Assembly: GCF_006345805.1 (NCBI RefSeq)
Contig: NC_043008.1
Coordinates: 46,376,001 to 46,440,000, forward strand
DNA from: Octopus sinensis
Taxonomy: Eukaryota
DNA length: 64,000 bases
Direction of reading: 5' to 3'
Shown here: one piece after another, positions 51,716-64,000 of the stretch
Position numbering within the stretch: the first letter of the stretch is position 1
How the letters are laid out: every line of letters starts with the position of its first letter
The notes under the pieces: model-generated
Databases searched by the model: none
What the model was told of the DNA's origin: nothing
The model's input: the letters and a program-made list of their open reading frames with translations, nothing else
Made by a program: the position numbers and the translations under genes

Positions 51716-52599
51716 CATCCATATATATATATATATATATACCCATTTGTATGACTATGTATATTGTATCTATACATATATGTATTACACATGTGTGTGT
51801 TGATATATATACACACACACAATCATATACAAGTAAGTTGAAAACTGTGTTTCTTTGTGTTCAATATCAAGAAATATTTTCTACCATCAAAAAACCTTTG
51901 TTTCTAACAGAATTGAATGGATTGTCTAATTTTTAATCTACCAGAAAAACCTTCTTTCATTATTTTTGAAACGTTGTCGAAATTAAGATTACACTGGTTT
52001 TATAATTAAAAAATAATTCTTCAATAAACGAAAGGTGGCTTTGTGTAGATGCACAATGAAGACCTATTCTTCTTTCGACTTCAAACCATTATATAGATAG
52101 TGACTTACTTTTTACAATGTCCTTGAATTAAAACGTTATGAAAAATATCGATGTATTTATGTAAATAATATGATTTCCTAAGATAAGAACCTACATATAT
52201 ATTAAATATAATCAAATCAATATTGTGTGCCGTTTAAGACAATAATGTTCTTTGTTTAATTATCTTAATGGGATGAACAAAGAATAAAATGTTGAATTAC
52301 TCTACTCATATTCAATGGTAATAGCATGGACAACGGATATTATATTACATACGAGAAGTACTTAAATAATAGATATTATCGTTAGTATGAAATTGGTGTC
52401 AACACTTACACAAATATAGCATTTTATCAATTAGACACCTCCCCCCACTCTCTCAGTCAATTCTTGCTTAGAGTGCACACAACTGGCCTTCTCTTGACAC
52501 CTTTTATCCACTTGGTTTGCAACCTTTCAACATAATGATTTCAAATTCTCAAGTACCAGCGTATGATTCGCCAAGCCTAATAACTGCTCTTACTGCGTT

Positions 52600-53830
52600 G
52601 CATGAATATCGTTTGCTTTTTCATTTTCTGTTTACTTTTGACAGAATGTAAGAGTTGGACATCCTTCAATCTTTGTAATTATGAGAAATGGTCATATAGC
52701 ATTAATCGTTTTCGTCTCCCATGAGGTGGGTGGAGGAGAAAGTTGGGGTTTATTGATTATTGTTTCTATGAGTTTGTTGTTGTGTCACGAGTTTGGTAAT
52801 GTTTACAGGCAACATATTTAATCTTTCCCTCGACCTCACTTTACAGGTTTTTCGACAATCCTTAAGAGTATCCGTAACCGTCGTTGAACAGACATTCTTA
52901 CTGCTGGAATAATTGAGATGTTGCGGCAGCGTTAATGAGTTACAGTTGTTGATGTTGTGGCTACAATGTTGTCGTCACAGCACGGCCGGTCAGTGTTGCT
53001 TGGAATTAATTGTATATAGAATATATTATGTTGGTTTTCGGTGCATAACCTCCCTAACCTAACCTCTACTCTAACGTGATTTAATGCGTTATCTTGGAGA
53101 TCAGTTTTCTCAGCGAGTTTCGCCCTCTTTTCCAAGTGTAAAGATATCAGAACTCCCCAGCGAAATGCAGATCAGCAGTAATTCTTCCCGTCCAATATTG
53201 AATTTTCTCTTTCGGCAACGATACATATATTTACCTCTGATAACTCATCATTCGCCTCTCAGCAAATCGACGATCCATGTCAGTTAAAGTGTGAATTCCT
53301 GCCATTTTTACAGGATATTAGAGTGTCTGTCTGTATGTTATTTCTAGAGGATATTCCTGTTCATATCCACACATTATTTCGTACTTTGATAGGTTTTAAG
53401 TCGTCCACATTCCAATTTGACAATCCGAAACTTCTATACCTATGCAACTTAAACCCTGTCGCTTTTACCCTTCTCTAGTATTTCAGTGTTAAGTCAACTG
53501 ATGACTGTAAGAAACTTTTCGCCCCTTCACCACGAAAAGTCTTTTGTTTTCACTCATAGAATCTGCCGTTTCCCGTCGTGTGGCTCTTGCTTAGATCGCT
53601 TCTTATTGTCAGTCGAACAAAAGAATGAGCTGCTGGTCCTGTTCTTGTAGCGTTTAGTCATGTGGCTACTTTTGTCGATGCTCGTTTGTCGGTTGCTGAA
53701 TGATGCCTGTTGTCACATTGCATGTGGCAGAGATAGCTTCAATATTGCTGTCGTTGAATCGTCGATATTACTCTGACATCATGTGACCTGCTCATTTTCC
53801 AGCCGCCATCACGGACTACCTGCGCCCATC
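52600..53830 (-). mobile_element. Possible very old LINE 5' remnant (CR1/L2-like)
   Basis: Weak APE-like peptide QLIPSNTDRPCCDDNIVAT; many stops. Confidence 0.25.
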
Positions 53831-53908
53831 CATTCAGAAGCCTGCACAAACTAGGCTTTGTATGAAACCTACGAACATTTAAGCCGCCGAAACAAACCGT
53901 TTTAGAAA

Positions 53909-54790
53909 TTTTTTTTTTTCTAAATTAACTTTTTATTTCCAGTTTTTCCTGTTATAATATGAAACAGCACGGCCAGGGGACCATGAACTTTTGTATAGAA
54001 CTAACGGAGAATAGGACCGCTTTTTTAAGAGGACGAAAGAAAATTACTAATACAGTAAAAAAAACAAAAAAGAGAATAGAGAGGAACAGGATGAATAAAA
54101 AATAAATAAATAGAAGAAAAGAAAATAGACTACAAACTCAATCGTCAATCACTTATAGAATCTGAATACAGTTCTACAAGAAGTTACACTAGAGGACTGC
54201 CATGTGTTTACAAACTCAAAGTAGAGCCTCCGTGTTTTATAAAATTCATCTTGCTTGCTTTCATTGTATGATCTGTTATTTTTATTTCAATTAGATATCT
54301 GTCGTGCACAAAGTTTCTAAACATTTTGAAGCTGACAGTGTTTTTTGCCTCTTTGCTCTTGTATATAAAATATTTTGCTAATAATATTAGCAAAAGATGC
54401 CATCAGTATGTGTGTTTTTTCTCAATCCGAATATAATGAGCTGTGGGTCAAGTTTCATGTTGCGAACATGTATGCAATTTCTATTCAGCAAATCTAAGAA
54501 GCATTGCCAGAAGACTTGTACATATTCACAATACCAGAAAGTGTGTGACACCGTCTCCACCTCACGTTCACAAAAAGTGCACAGGTTGCTTTCGGCCAGT
54601 TTAATCTTGAACAATAGAGAATTAGTAGGTAAAATATTGTGTATAATTCTAAACTGGAACCATCATAACTTGCTATCTGTTGTTGTCTTTATTGGTAGTA
54701 AAAATATATTTTCCCGTTCCGTTTCATCAAGTATATACTCTTCCCATTTGCGTTTAAATATTAAACAAAGTCTAAACATTGTTTAAAACA
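53909..54790 (-). mobile_element. 5'-truncated L1/Tx1-clade LINE with poly(A) tail
   Basis: FQFRIIHNILPTN...CTFCEREVETVSHTFWYC...VFW...LILLAKYFIYK; AATAAA at 53932-53937 and A-tract at 53909-53919 on the minus strand. Confidence 0.88.
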
Positions 54791-54859
54791 TAATAGTATC
54801 GACCTACTAAAATTCTTGGGTGCGTCGTTCTTTCTTTCGACCTTTCACTCGTATAAGTG

Positions 54860-54923
<64 letters not shown>

Positions 54924-55042
54924 AATTAATGGAATGGAGATATAATACCCTGCATATTTCCCGTCTGTTTTCATTCCTCCACTTCACTCTCTATTTCATA
55001 TCTTATATAGCATATTTATTGCTTAACCATTTTCTCACGCCG

Positions 55043-55087
55043 TCTACGATGAAGGGATATATAAAATATCCCGGAAATAGCTGTAAG
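55043..55087 (+). ncRNA. Decayed Penelope-type hammerhead motif
   Basis: ucu ACGAUGA a gggauau(auaaa)auauccc g GAAA uagcu GUA aga; perfect 7-bp stem II, core positions 3-4 altered. Confidence 0.45.
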
Positions 55088-55285
55088 AACTTCTGTTTAT
55101 ATAAATGTTCTGAAATCTTTATAGCCTTGGATCTTTATCTCATTCTGTTATATATATAGCAAAATGTGCGTACACGCACACGCGAGGTTAGGTGCACTCG
55201 TAATTACAAAGCGAGTTAGATATTTAGTAGGTGTTTAGATGAACGGGGAAGTTTAAATTAAATTTAAGTCATGCATACCTTAAAA

Positions 55286-55760
55286 TTACAGATATGGTAA
55301 AATTAACGGTTGCTCAAAATTCATTCTCACTGCATTGTGCGAAAGTACATTTATATGCGTGTAGGCATCTCGATAGTCTTTCGGAAATTCTATTAAGAAT
55401 CTTTTCGTTAGTCCACAGAATAGACAGGGATTCTTCGGAGCAGAGACGGCATCTCCTGGAAATTGCACTGTATGGTTTTGCATGTCTAAGTGACGTATTA
55501 TTTCGTATTAGCCTCCTTCAGTCGCCATATAAAATTTGCCAAAGGAGTCGAATGTTTCTTATTGATTGACCTAAAGCTGGTGACATGATTACGATAACGA
55601 TTCTTAAATGAATCAGCCGTCAACCCAATGCAAACGCAGGGCCCTCCCCTTGTGTGCACGGGCCACTTATATACAAGATTTGTACACATACAGAGATCCA
55701 TCAAAGGATATTGTGATTTATCCATGCATGAGCATTCATCGTTTTTATATATCAACATTC
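55286..55760 (-). mobile_element. Penelope-like element fragment (GIY-YIG endonuclease)
   Basis: CSC...YPL..LC...NLVYK...CIGLTADSFKNRYRNHVTSFR...STPLANFIWRLK...CLFC. Confidence 0.85.
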
Positions 55761-56055
55761 ACACACAAACGTATGCAAATTAATAAATCAGAAGTTGCAA
55801 CGATACTGTGTCCCGTTACAGGAGGATTTTGCTAATGCATGTATGAATATATTTATATGTATGTGTATGTATTTGTGTATATATATGTGTGTGTGTATAT
55901 ATGTATGTATTATGTGAATATGTATGCATATATATGGAGAGAGAAAGAGACAGAAAGAAAAAAAGAAAGAGAGAGACTATAGTCCCCGTGAAGATGAATG
56001 GCAATACACCGTCAGTTGTCACTAGCTAATGATGATGACAATAATAATAATAATA

Positions 56056-56090
<35 letters not shown>

Positions 56091-56742
56091 TGTACATTTG
56101 AACTGTTGTAATGTTTGAAACCTGTCTGTTGCCATTTTTGCTTCATATTATCACAGACAAATTAGATGCCATATATACTTCTTCCTTTCATATCAAGATG
56201 TTGGAGGTAAATTCTATAAATAGTTTCAAACGTTATTTAAGTAGTTTGTGTCGCTTTTTACATATTAGATATGTCTGTTGATAACGATTGTTTTCTTTAT
56301 ATAATTATGAATCTAAATGGTTGTGCTGCGAAATCTGAAACCCGAAGTACTTTTCGTTAATTGATTTTCAATTACTGTTTATATGGTAGATGTTTTCCAG
56401 ATTGTCTAAATGTATGAAACATTTTATATTGATAACCTTTTGTGCATCGATTGGCTGGGTGCATATGTGCGTGTATGTGAGTATATATACTATTATGTAT
56501 CAGAGTGGTATATGTAAGTGTTTATGTGTGCGATGAAATGTTATCGTTTCGTCTCTTTCGGGAAAGAGTTGCATCGATTATTTACGTTCTAATATTGCAA
56601 GGTCTAAAATCATCGAGGTTCGTTTTCAAAAGTCGGTCCCGGAAACATTTTAAGAAGTTCTTACAGTTGTTGAGACTCTGATGAACATGGAAATTTCAAA
56701 CAAAATCGAAGTTCCAAGCAACTTACATATGCATACATATCT

Positions 56743-56787
<45 letters not shown>

Positions 56788-56993
56788 ACACACACACTCT
56801 CTCTCTCTCTCTCTCTCTCCATCAAGCGCATACACATTCACATACCACTGCATGCTGACAGACAGTCACACAGTCACACACACACACACACACACACACA
56901 TGCACACACATATGCACATATGAAATCGTATTTTAACGGTAGAAGCCGAAGTAGATAAATCTATTAATAATACATTGCTAGCATATAAATATT

Positions 56994-57227
56994 TATTTCT
57001 TTATTGCCCACAAGAGGCTAAACATAGAGGTGACAAACAAGGACAGACAAACGGATTAAGTCAATTATATCGACCCAAGTGCGTAACTGGTACTTATTTA
57101 ATCGACCCCGAAAGGATGAAAGGCAAAATAGACCTCGGCGGAATTTGAACTCAGAACGTAGCAGCAAAAGAATTAGCGCTAAGCATTTCGCCCAGCGTGC
57201 TAACGATTCTGCCATTTGACAGCCTTA
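56994..57227 (-). mobile_element. tRNA-derived SINE family B with Tx1-like tail and ~15-bp TSD
   Basis: Family B head/body; TSD TAGCATRTAAATATT at 56979-56993 and 57228-57242; tail tctatgtttagcctcttgtgggcAATAAAg. Confidence 0.88.
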
Positions 57228-57459
57228 TAGCATGTAAATATTGAGACAAACCTAATCTCCATACATTATGAATTTCAAACGCTGGCTACCAATTTCGTTT
57301 CCGTCCGTCTTTGCTGCAATTTGCGTACTTACCAGGTCGATCAAATCCTAATTAAATAGATTTGGTAAACGGAAAGTGAAGAAATTTCGTCGTACACATA
57401 CACGCGCACTTAAAAGCACGCGCGTGCACACACACATACAGACATCCACCCACATACAT

Positions 57460-59229
57460 GGAATTAGGTAAAATGGCACAGGTGCAAATGTCACAAGTGA
57501 AAAGATGGGTAAAAATGGCACAATATGCAAGATTACTCGAAAAGTTTGGAACGTACATTGGGACAGCTTGGTGAACTCTGGAACGTATATCAAGCTATCC
57601 CAATGAGTCCTTACCAAAATAAATACGAAAGCAGTAACTCTGATTGCTATTTATGTCAGTGGTTCTATCACAACATCATGGAAGGCATAGCGAGTAATAT
57701 AAAGGAAAAGATATCTGCTTCTATGGCTACATGTATACAAAACAGATTTTTAGATCAACTACTTTCAGATGGAGATGTCCACCAGCCTTGATACGACTGT
57801 TCTTGTCCAGCTAATGAATGACCACAACCACGCTCCTGATTCTGCAGATATTTCAACCACGAAATGCATCATGAACATGAAGAGACAAGCAGCAGAAACA
57901 AGATAAACTCAGCCAGATTTACAGCAATAACCTGAATGACATATCAGCTTAAAGAAAGACGTTACTTCCAAGTGAGGACATCACAAAGAGAACTTTGCGT
58001 AACCAAAGATCAAAACTCTATCGACAAGTACCAGAAATACTCGAGGATCTGAAACTAACTGGAGAATGGACAACTACTGCACCACCAAAGCGCAAACTAC
58101 TTTTGCTTTTCAATAATGGACGAGAATCTAGAAGCGACATCATTGTGTTTGGTCCTGGTGAATCACTGCGTTTGCCTGCTTCGGCTGATGGATGGCCACT
58201 ATGCAATGGCTCCACTAGGATTTCTACAGCTTTGCAGTATTACGTAGTTTCTACTGTTGTTGCTTGTTTGCAGGCCAGAACACGAGATGAATATGAAATC
58301 CTGCTGCAAGCAGTCATGGATCGTGGCCACGTGACTGAGCTCTACCAGGAGCCAACAACCATAATTGTTGAGTTTGAGCAGGGGATCATGCAAGCTATCA
58401 ACAATGTTTTGGAACCGGAAACACGCATACAAGGTTGTTTCTACTACCTGACACAGAGTACCCGGAAAAAATAGAGGACCTTGACCTCACCAACCACTGC
58501 AAAGAGAGTGAGGACTTACGTCAATTCTGTGGACAGATTGACTGATTGTCATTTATACCAACTGAAGCTGGTCCAGCGGAAATGCAGTTAATCAAGGCCA
58601 AATGCCCTGTTGACGCTGCTCCCCTGCCAGAGTACGTCGATGAAATCTATGTTTCTAGTACATATCTTCAGATAAGAATACGGAACTCCTAGCCAAGCAT
58701 TCCAGCAAGAACTTTGGAACGTACATCAAGCTACCATTATTGGATGTCCAAGAACCAACCACCTATGTGATGGCTGGAACAACTTTTATCATGTTGTTGG
58801 CTACCAGTACCCATCTATCTTGAAACTTATAAGAACGATTCAGAAGGAAGAGGCTGTTGTGAGTGCAGTGATAGCGAAGGACTCAATAGGGGTGCCACCC
58901 AGGAAGAAAACAAACAAAGTAAATGTTGATCTACAACAAAGAATAAAGAATTAATGCAAAGACTACACTGGGGGAAGAGAAAAGCGTGATCAAGTGTTTC
59001 GTGGACTTGGTCACAACATAAGATTCTAGTTATTAAATTCGGGTTTCAAAGGTTGATATAAAACGGTTTTTCCAGGTCTAAATATCTATATTAAGAAATG
59101 GAGGTTATACAGGTATAAAATAAGAAAGTAAATTTTATTCAAAACCAGTTTTTATATTAGGCGAACTTTATTCTGCTTCTTTTGCAAATAGTGTGGGCCA
59201 TTTTTACCTGTCATTATTGCTGTTCACCC
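57460..59229 (+). mobile_element. Degenerate Mutator (FLYWCH-MULE) DNA transposon
   Basis: Termini with GGTAAAAATGGC / GCCATTTTTACC; FLYWCH-like GYMYTK...FRWRC...DHNH; IIVEFEQG...IQGCFYYLTQS; WNVH...PRTNHLCDGWN; ends RGLGHNIRF* near 59029. Confidence 0.85.
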
Positions 59230-59819
59230 ATATACATATATACTTATATGTACACATATACATACATATCTATATATATATACATATATACACCTACATA
59301 CATATACATGTGTGTGTGTGTGTGTGTGTGTGTAAGTAAAATGTTATTTGATTAAGTTCAAAGGAAGATTCTGGCCAGCTGTTTATTGATTTGGATACGT
59401 TCTGTTTAGGATTTACCGATAGTCGCCAGGTTTAGTCATGTGTTAAATATCAGTGAAGTCTAAATAAGATTAAATCGGTCTCTTGCTAGACGCTTGGGAG
59501 ACAAGTCTCTTATATCGCCATATCTGTACCCTATTACACTTTTTCTTACTCAAACTTTGATGCCTCCTGTCTCTGATTTATTTCTCCAAAAAGTTTTTAA
59601 CTTAGAAAGTGGGTCACGACAAAATTGTATGTACATGCGCAAACATACACAAATATTATTATTGAATATATGAATGAAATTATTTAAATGCAAGTTTTAA
59701 TTTATTAAGTGTTTCGTTTTGGAATAATTTGAAGAATTTAACAACTCTATATTTCATGAGATTATGCTGGTTACAAACAAATGGTGTGAATGTTTTATCT
59801 TTGCATTAAGATATATTTT

Positions 59820-60699
59820 GGATCTTTCCTTTTGAACGGCATATGTCAACACAATTTCTAGTTAACTAAACCCTTTTAAATTTCGTATACTGGTAGAATG
59901 TGTTTATAAAACATCATTTTTTCTTGGCTTTATTGAGAAAATTCTATAGTTTGTAACATATTTCCACTTTAAAATCGAGCATTTCGGCAATTTTAACCAA
60001 TCAAATACGTCCATTTGGAGTCAAAACATACCGTGCTGTATGAATATGTCCCTTGTTTAAGAAACAGATTGGGTTTATTTACATTTGCGAAGAAAAAAAG
60101 ATACCCTTCCCCCACCCCTAACCATAACCCTAAACCTAACCCTAACCATAATTCTAAATCTAACCCTAAAATATATTGAAATGCAAAGATCGATACTAGG
60201 GTTATAATTATGGGTGACAATTTCATACGACACCGCTACAGAAAATGGGATTTTTTTCTAGCGGTGTCAAATCAAAATGTCACCCATAATTATAACCCTA
60301 GTATCGATCTTTGCATTTCAATCTATTTTAGGGTTAGGTTTAGTTAGAGTTAGGGTTAAGGTTAGAGTTGGAGTTAGGGTTAGGGTTAGGTTTAGGGCTA
60401 GGGGTGCGGGAAGGGTATCTTTTTTTCTTCGCAAATGTAAATAAACCCAATCTGTTTCTTAAACGAGGATATATTCATACAGCACGGTATGTTTTGACTC
60501 CAAATGGACGTATTTGATTGGTTAAAATTGCCGAAATACTCGATTTTAAAGTGGAAATATGTTACAAACTATAGAATTTTCTCAGTAAAGCCAAGAAAAA
60601 ATGATGTTTTATAAACACATTCTACCAGTATACGAAGTTTAAAAGTGTTTAGTTAACTAAAAATTGTGTTGAAAACTGCCGTTGAAAAGACAAAGATCC
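59820..60699. mobile_element. Palindromic non-autonomous DNA transposon with the same termini as 7477-8252, 8-bp TSD
   Basis: GGATC...GATCC; TSD TATATTTT (59812-59819, 60700-60707); near-perfect ~430-bp arms centred near 60248; telomere-like tracts at 60103-60169 and 60328-60415. Confidence 0.92.
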
Positions 60700-62679
60700 T
60701 ATATTTTCTATTACGAATATACTTCTCGGATTTAAAAGCAAAATATTAAAATTTCGGCTATTCGGTTCGAGTTATAGGATTATAGGCACATTTCAGTTAT
60801 AAATTAAATATTATCTAAATTTCTATCTGGAAATTTTAAATTACTTCAAAGCGTACATAGTATTCCCTTGGCGTAACAATTATTATCCTTTCTATATTAA
60901 CTAAAATTGTATTCCAAGAACCTGTTTGGCAGTTCATAGAAATATTCATACAACACCATTTTCTGCTGCGATGAGTTAAAAAAAAGCAAAGCATTAATTA
61001 AACTATTATACACGAAACATTAATGAGACCGCTGGCAGATGTTGTAACAAGATACCAGCCAATTAATTAGATGGTATGTGCGGGGATTGCACGCTGTCTC
61101 TGATACTAGTTTATGACTGTGGCCTATATAAATTCACATAATTTAACGCCCCTGCAATGATGTACTGGTTTAGGTTCAGACTAAACCTTTTCTCACCACA
61201 ACTTTACATATCTTGTGCTACTAGACAGCTATTTATATCTACTTCATCTAACAGTGTTACCTATATTAATTACTCTTAGAAATACAACGTAATATACCAT
61301 GTCTAGCCATTACCCCTTCTCGAATCCGCCTTTCCCCAAATTGTCGTGCATACTATGTTTCGTATCCTGAATCCAGCAGTAATTATAACGGATTAATTTG
61401 GCGAATAAATACACCAATCGACGACTACCTACCTTCCACGGTTTAGAAGTAGGTAATACTATACAACCGCACAAACAAACATTTGCTAGTCGATATTTTC
61501 AATGGTCGTGGGCGCAGAATGCTTCCTGACTCACTTCTACAAAAAAAAGACAACTTTTATAACTCTGAAAATGAAAATATTGCAGATTAAAGAATATAAA
61601 TTGAGAAAAAGTCATATGTCACGAATTCATGATACTTTTCTTTCTCAAGTATGCTTCAGATTATAGAGACATTCATTGACATCACAATCTTCAAAGTTCT
61701 ATAATTTTCGACTTCAAAATTTATATACTTTCATAACCACCGATGTCTTCGAGTATGGAATTAAACCCGAATTAATAGACTGTTATCGATTGTGTCACGT
61801 TCCGGTTAAACTTGTGATTAATATAGTTTATTTCCAGAGCTTCCAAAATATCGCAGTCTGTACTGAACATAGCAGGAAAATTATGAAAGTAAATTTCCTT
61901 CCATATCCGTAATTTGGGATATATTTGGACTTAAAGTACTTTAATTATTTAACGAAGTTCTAATTAGACATAACAGCAACGAAAATTATATAAGCAATAC
62001 ACACCTCACACGTTCCACGCGCACAAACATGCACACACACACACAATGGAACCAGCAGCTGAGAGTGGAGTGCCTTTGGCATCACACTCTTTCCTCCTCC
62101 TCTCTGGGATCTTAGGCTCCAGCCGTACACCCTCCACAGCCCATCCCATCTTAATCGGTATGCACTCCAGCCTGGTTTCCTTTCAGCCATCGCCAACATG
62201 TAATGGTTTCGCAATACACTTATATACGATGACGACCAAAACATAGTCTTTGAAAAGAAACAAAATCCGAACATCGATCGCTAAAAGAAGTCTTGTACAC
62301 ACGCACGGCAACATCGAATGTTAGGTGGAGTTGTCGTTTTCTATTTAAAGCTAAAGGCGAGAGGCAGCTTTGAATGTGTTTATAATTTCTGTACTTCTTT
62401 GCCTGGCAACTGATGAAGGGGAACATTCTTTATGTTGCATGTCGTGTTTCTCTGTTTTTTTCCTTGTTCGAAAATAAAGTTTGTTTTCCATGTTTTTGTT
62501 TTTATGTTTTCGTTTCGCATTATGTTCAACGTTTTCTTTTTGTTTTCTGTTACCCATCAATGCATGTATATATACAGATATACATATATATGTAGGTATG
62601 TACTTATATGTATGTATATATGCATATATTTATATATTATTATATAATCGAATCCCACGCCTCCTTTTCCAAATATGAT

Positions 62680-62758
62680 TTATCTATCTATCTATCTATC
62701 TATCTGTCTGTCTGTCTATCTGTCTGTTTGTTCGTCTGTCTTTCTGTCTGTCTGTCTC

Positions 62759-62825
<67 letters not shown>

Positions 62826-62924
62826 GTCTGTCTGTCTGTCTGTCTGTCTGTATGTCTGTCTGTCTGTCTGTTTGTCTATCTATCTATCTATCAATTCATC
62901 TATCTATCTATATATATATATATA
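62680..62924. repeat. Compound (TATC)/(TGTC) microsatellite
   Basis: Direct inspection. Confidence 0.95.
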
Positions 62925-63100
62925 AGGTTAATCCAAACGGGAAAATAGACAAAACAACAACACAAGGAGGTGGAACAATTAAAGTATTATTATTAGGCGC
63001 TCAGGAAAAAGGGAAGAAGGAGGGTATGACGTTTCGAGCGGAGCTCTTCGTCGGAAACATAAGAGAAGAAAAAGAAAGATCCCGAGGTGGGCGAACGTAG
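62925..63100 (-). mobile_element. Short Penelope-type repeat with hammerhead-like motif (U4>C)
   Basis: Minus strand guuu CCGACGA a gagc(ucc)gcuc GAAAC GUC auac; adjacent to (TA)n. Confidence 0.5.
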
Positions 63101-63139
63101 GGAAAAAAAAACGCGACTGATTTTTACGAAGTGGGGAGA

Positions 63140-63300
63140 TGGATGACTATGTAGTAAGGGGCTTGCTTCAAAGCCACTTAGATTTGGGTTCAGTCCCACT
63201 GAGTGGCACATTTGGCAATAGTTGCCATCTACTTTAGCCTTACGCTGACCAAGGACTTATGAGTGGATTTCGCTGGCAGATACTAAAAGTAACACTTCGC
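63140..63300 (+). mobile_element. Degenerate SINE family A head
   Basis: gggttcagtcccactgagtggcac...atgagtggattt. Confidence 0.6.
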
Positions 63301-63332
63301 ATGCATGCATGCATACATACACACACACACAA

Positions 63333-63588
<256 letters not shown>

Positions 63589-64000
63589 TAAAGGTGAAAA
63601 TTGAATATTAATTTGGTTAATATCAATTTAAAGCCAGTGGCCTATTGAAAAATCTGAAGATTCAGAAAAATTATATTACATACATATAAGTCGGATGACC
63701 ACTAAGTGGAGATCCATTATGCTAGAAGTAGACTCCATATTGTCTGACCACTAAGAAAATATTGTTCTCAAGAAAATTCAGCAAACGCCAGAACATAGGC
63801 GTGCGAGACAAATGAAGAGATACAAAATATAAAGATTAAACACAAATCCGGTTTCATTGTTACCACTTACATAATACTTACGTTCAATGCTCAATATTCA
63901 CTCTCATGCGGACGTCCCGTTTATAGTTCTGCATGTTATATTTTGTTCTGAGAATCACACTGATGAATTGCAGACATTTAGGTAAGTATTACGTATGTGG

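Noticed and set aside
60103-60415. True telomere or chromosome-fusion scar
   Set aside because: Tracts are short, degenerate and internal to a TSD-flanked element with a relative elsewhere in the window.
63975-63990. Plus-strand donor TAG|GTAAGT
   Set aside because: Isolated motif at the window edge without a supportable exon.

Overview
Eukaryotic, very AT-rich, microsatellite-dense DNA with no confidently recognisable host protein-coding gene. The repeat repertoire (tRNA-headed SINEs with internal (TA)n/(TG)n, Tx1, RTE, R4/Dong, CR1, Penelope, mariner, Mutator) resembles an octopus/coleoid intron or intergenic region; this taxonomic call is inference. The window opens with a young Tx1/L1-clade LINE (1-~5220) whose ORF1 is frameshifted and whose ORF2 is open but carries an in-frame RT deletion. 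The rest is TE fossils, SINEs, fold-back elements and simple repeats. Most notable observations: (i) short Penelope-type elements carrying minimal type I hammerhead ribozyme motifs, including one with a compensatory G3:C8 core swap (21763-21817) and one fused to a tRNA-derived Pol III head (29298-29673); (ii) a ~33-nt complementarity between the Tx1 inter-ORF spacer and its 3' UTR, bracketing ORF2; (iii) a SINE whose 3' tail matches the Tx1 3' stem-loop/AATAAA end; (iv) two long palindromic elements with 8-bp TSDs and internal TTAGGG-like tracts, plus possible Merlin transposase fossils. All calls are by eye; no searches were run.
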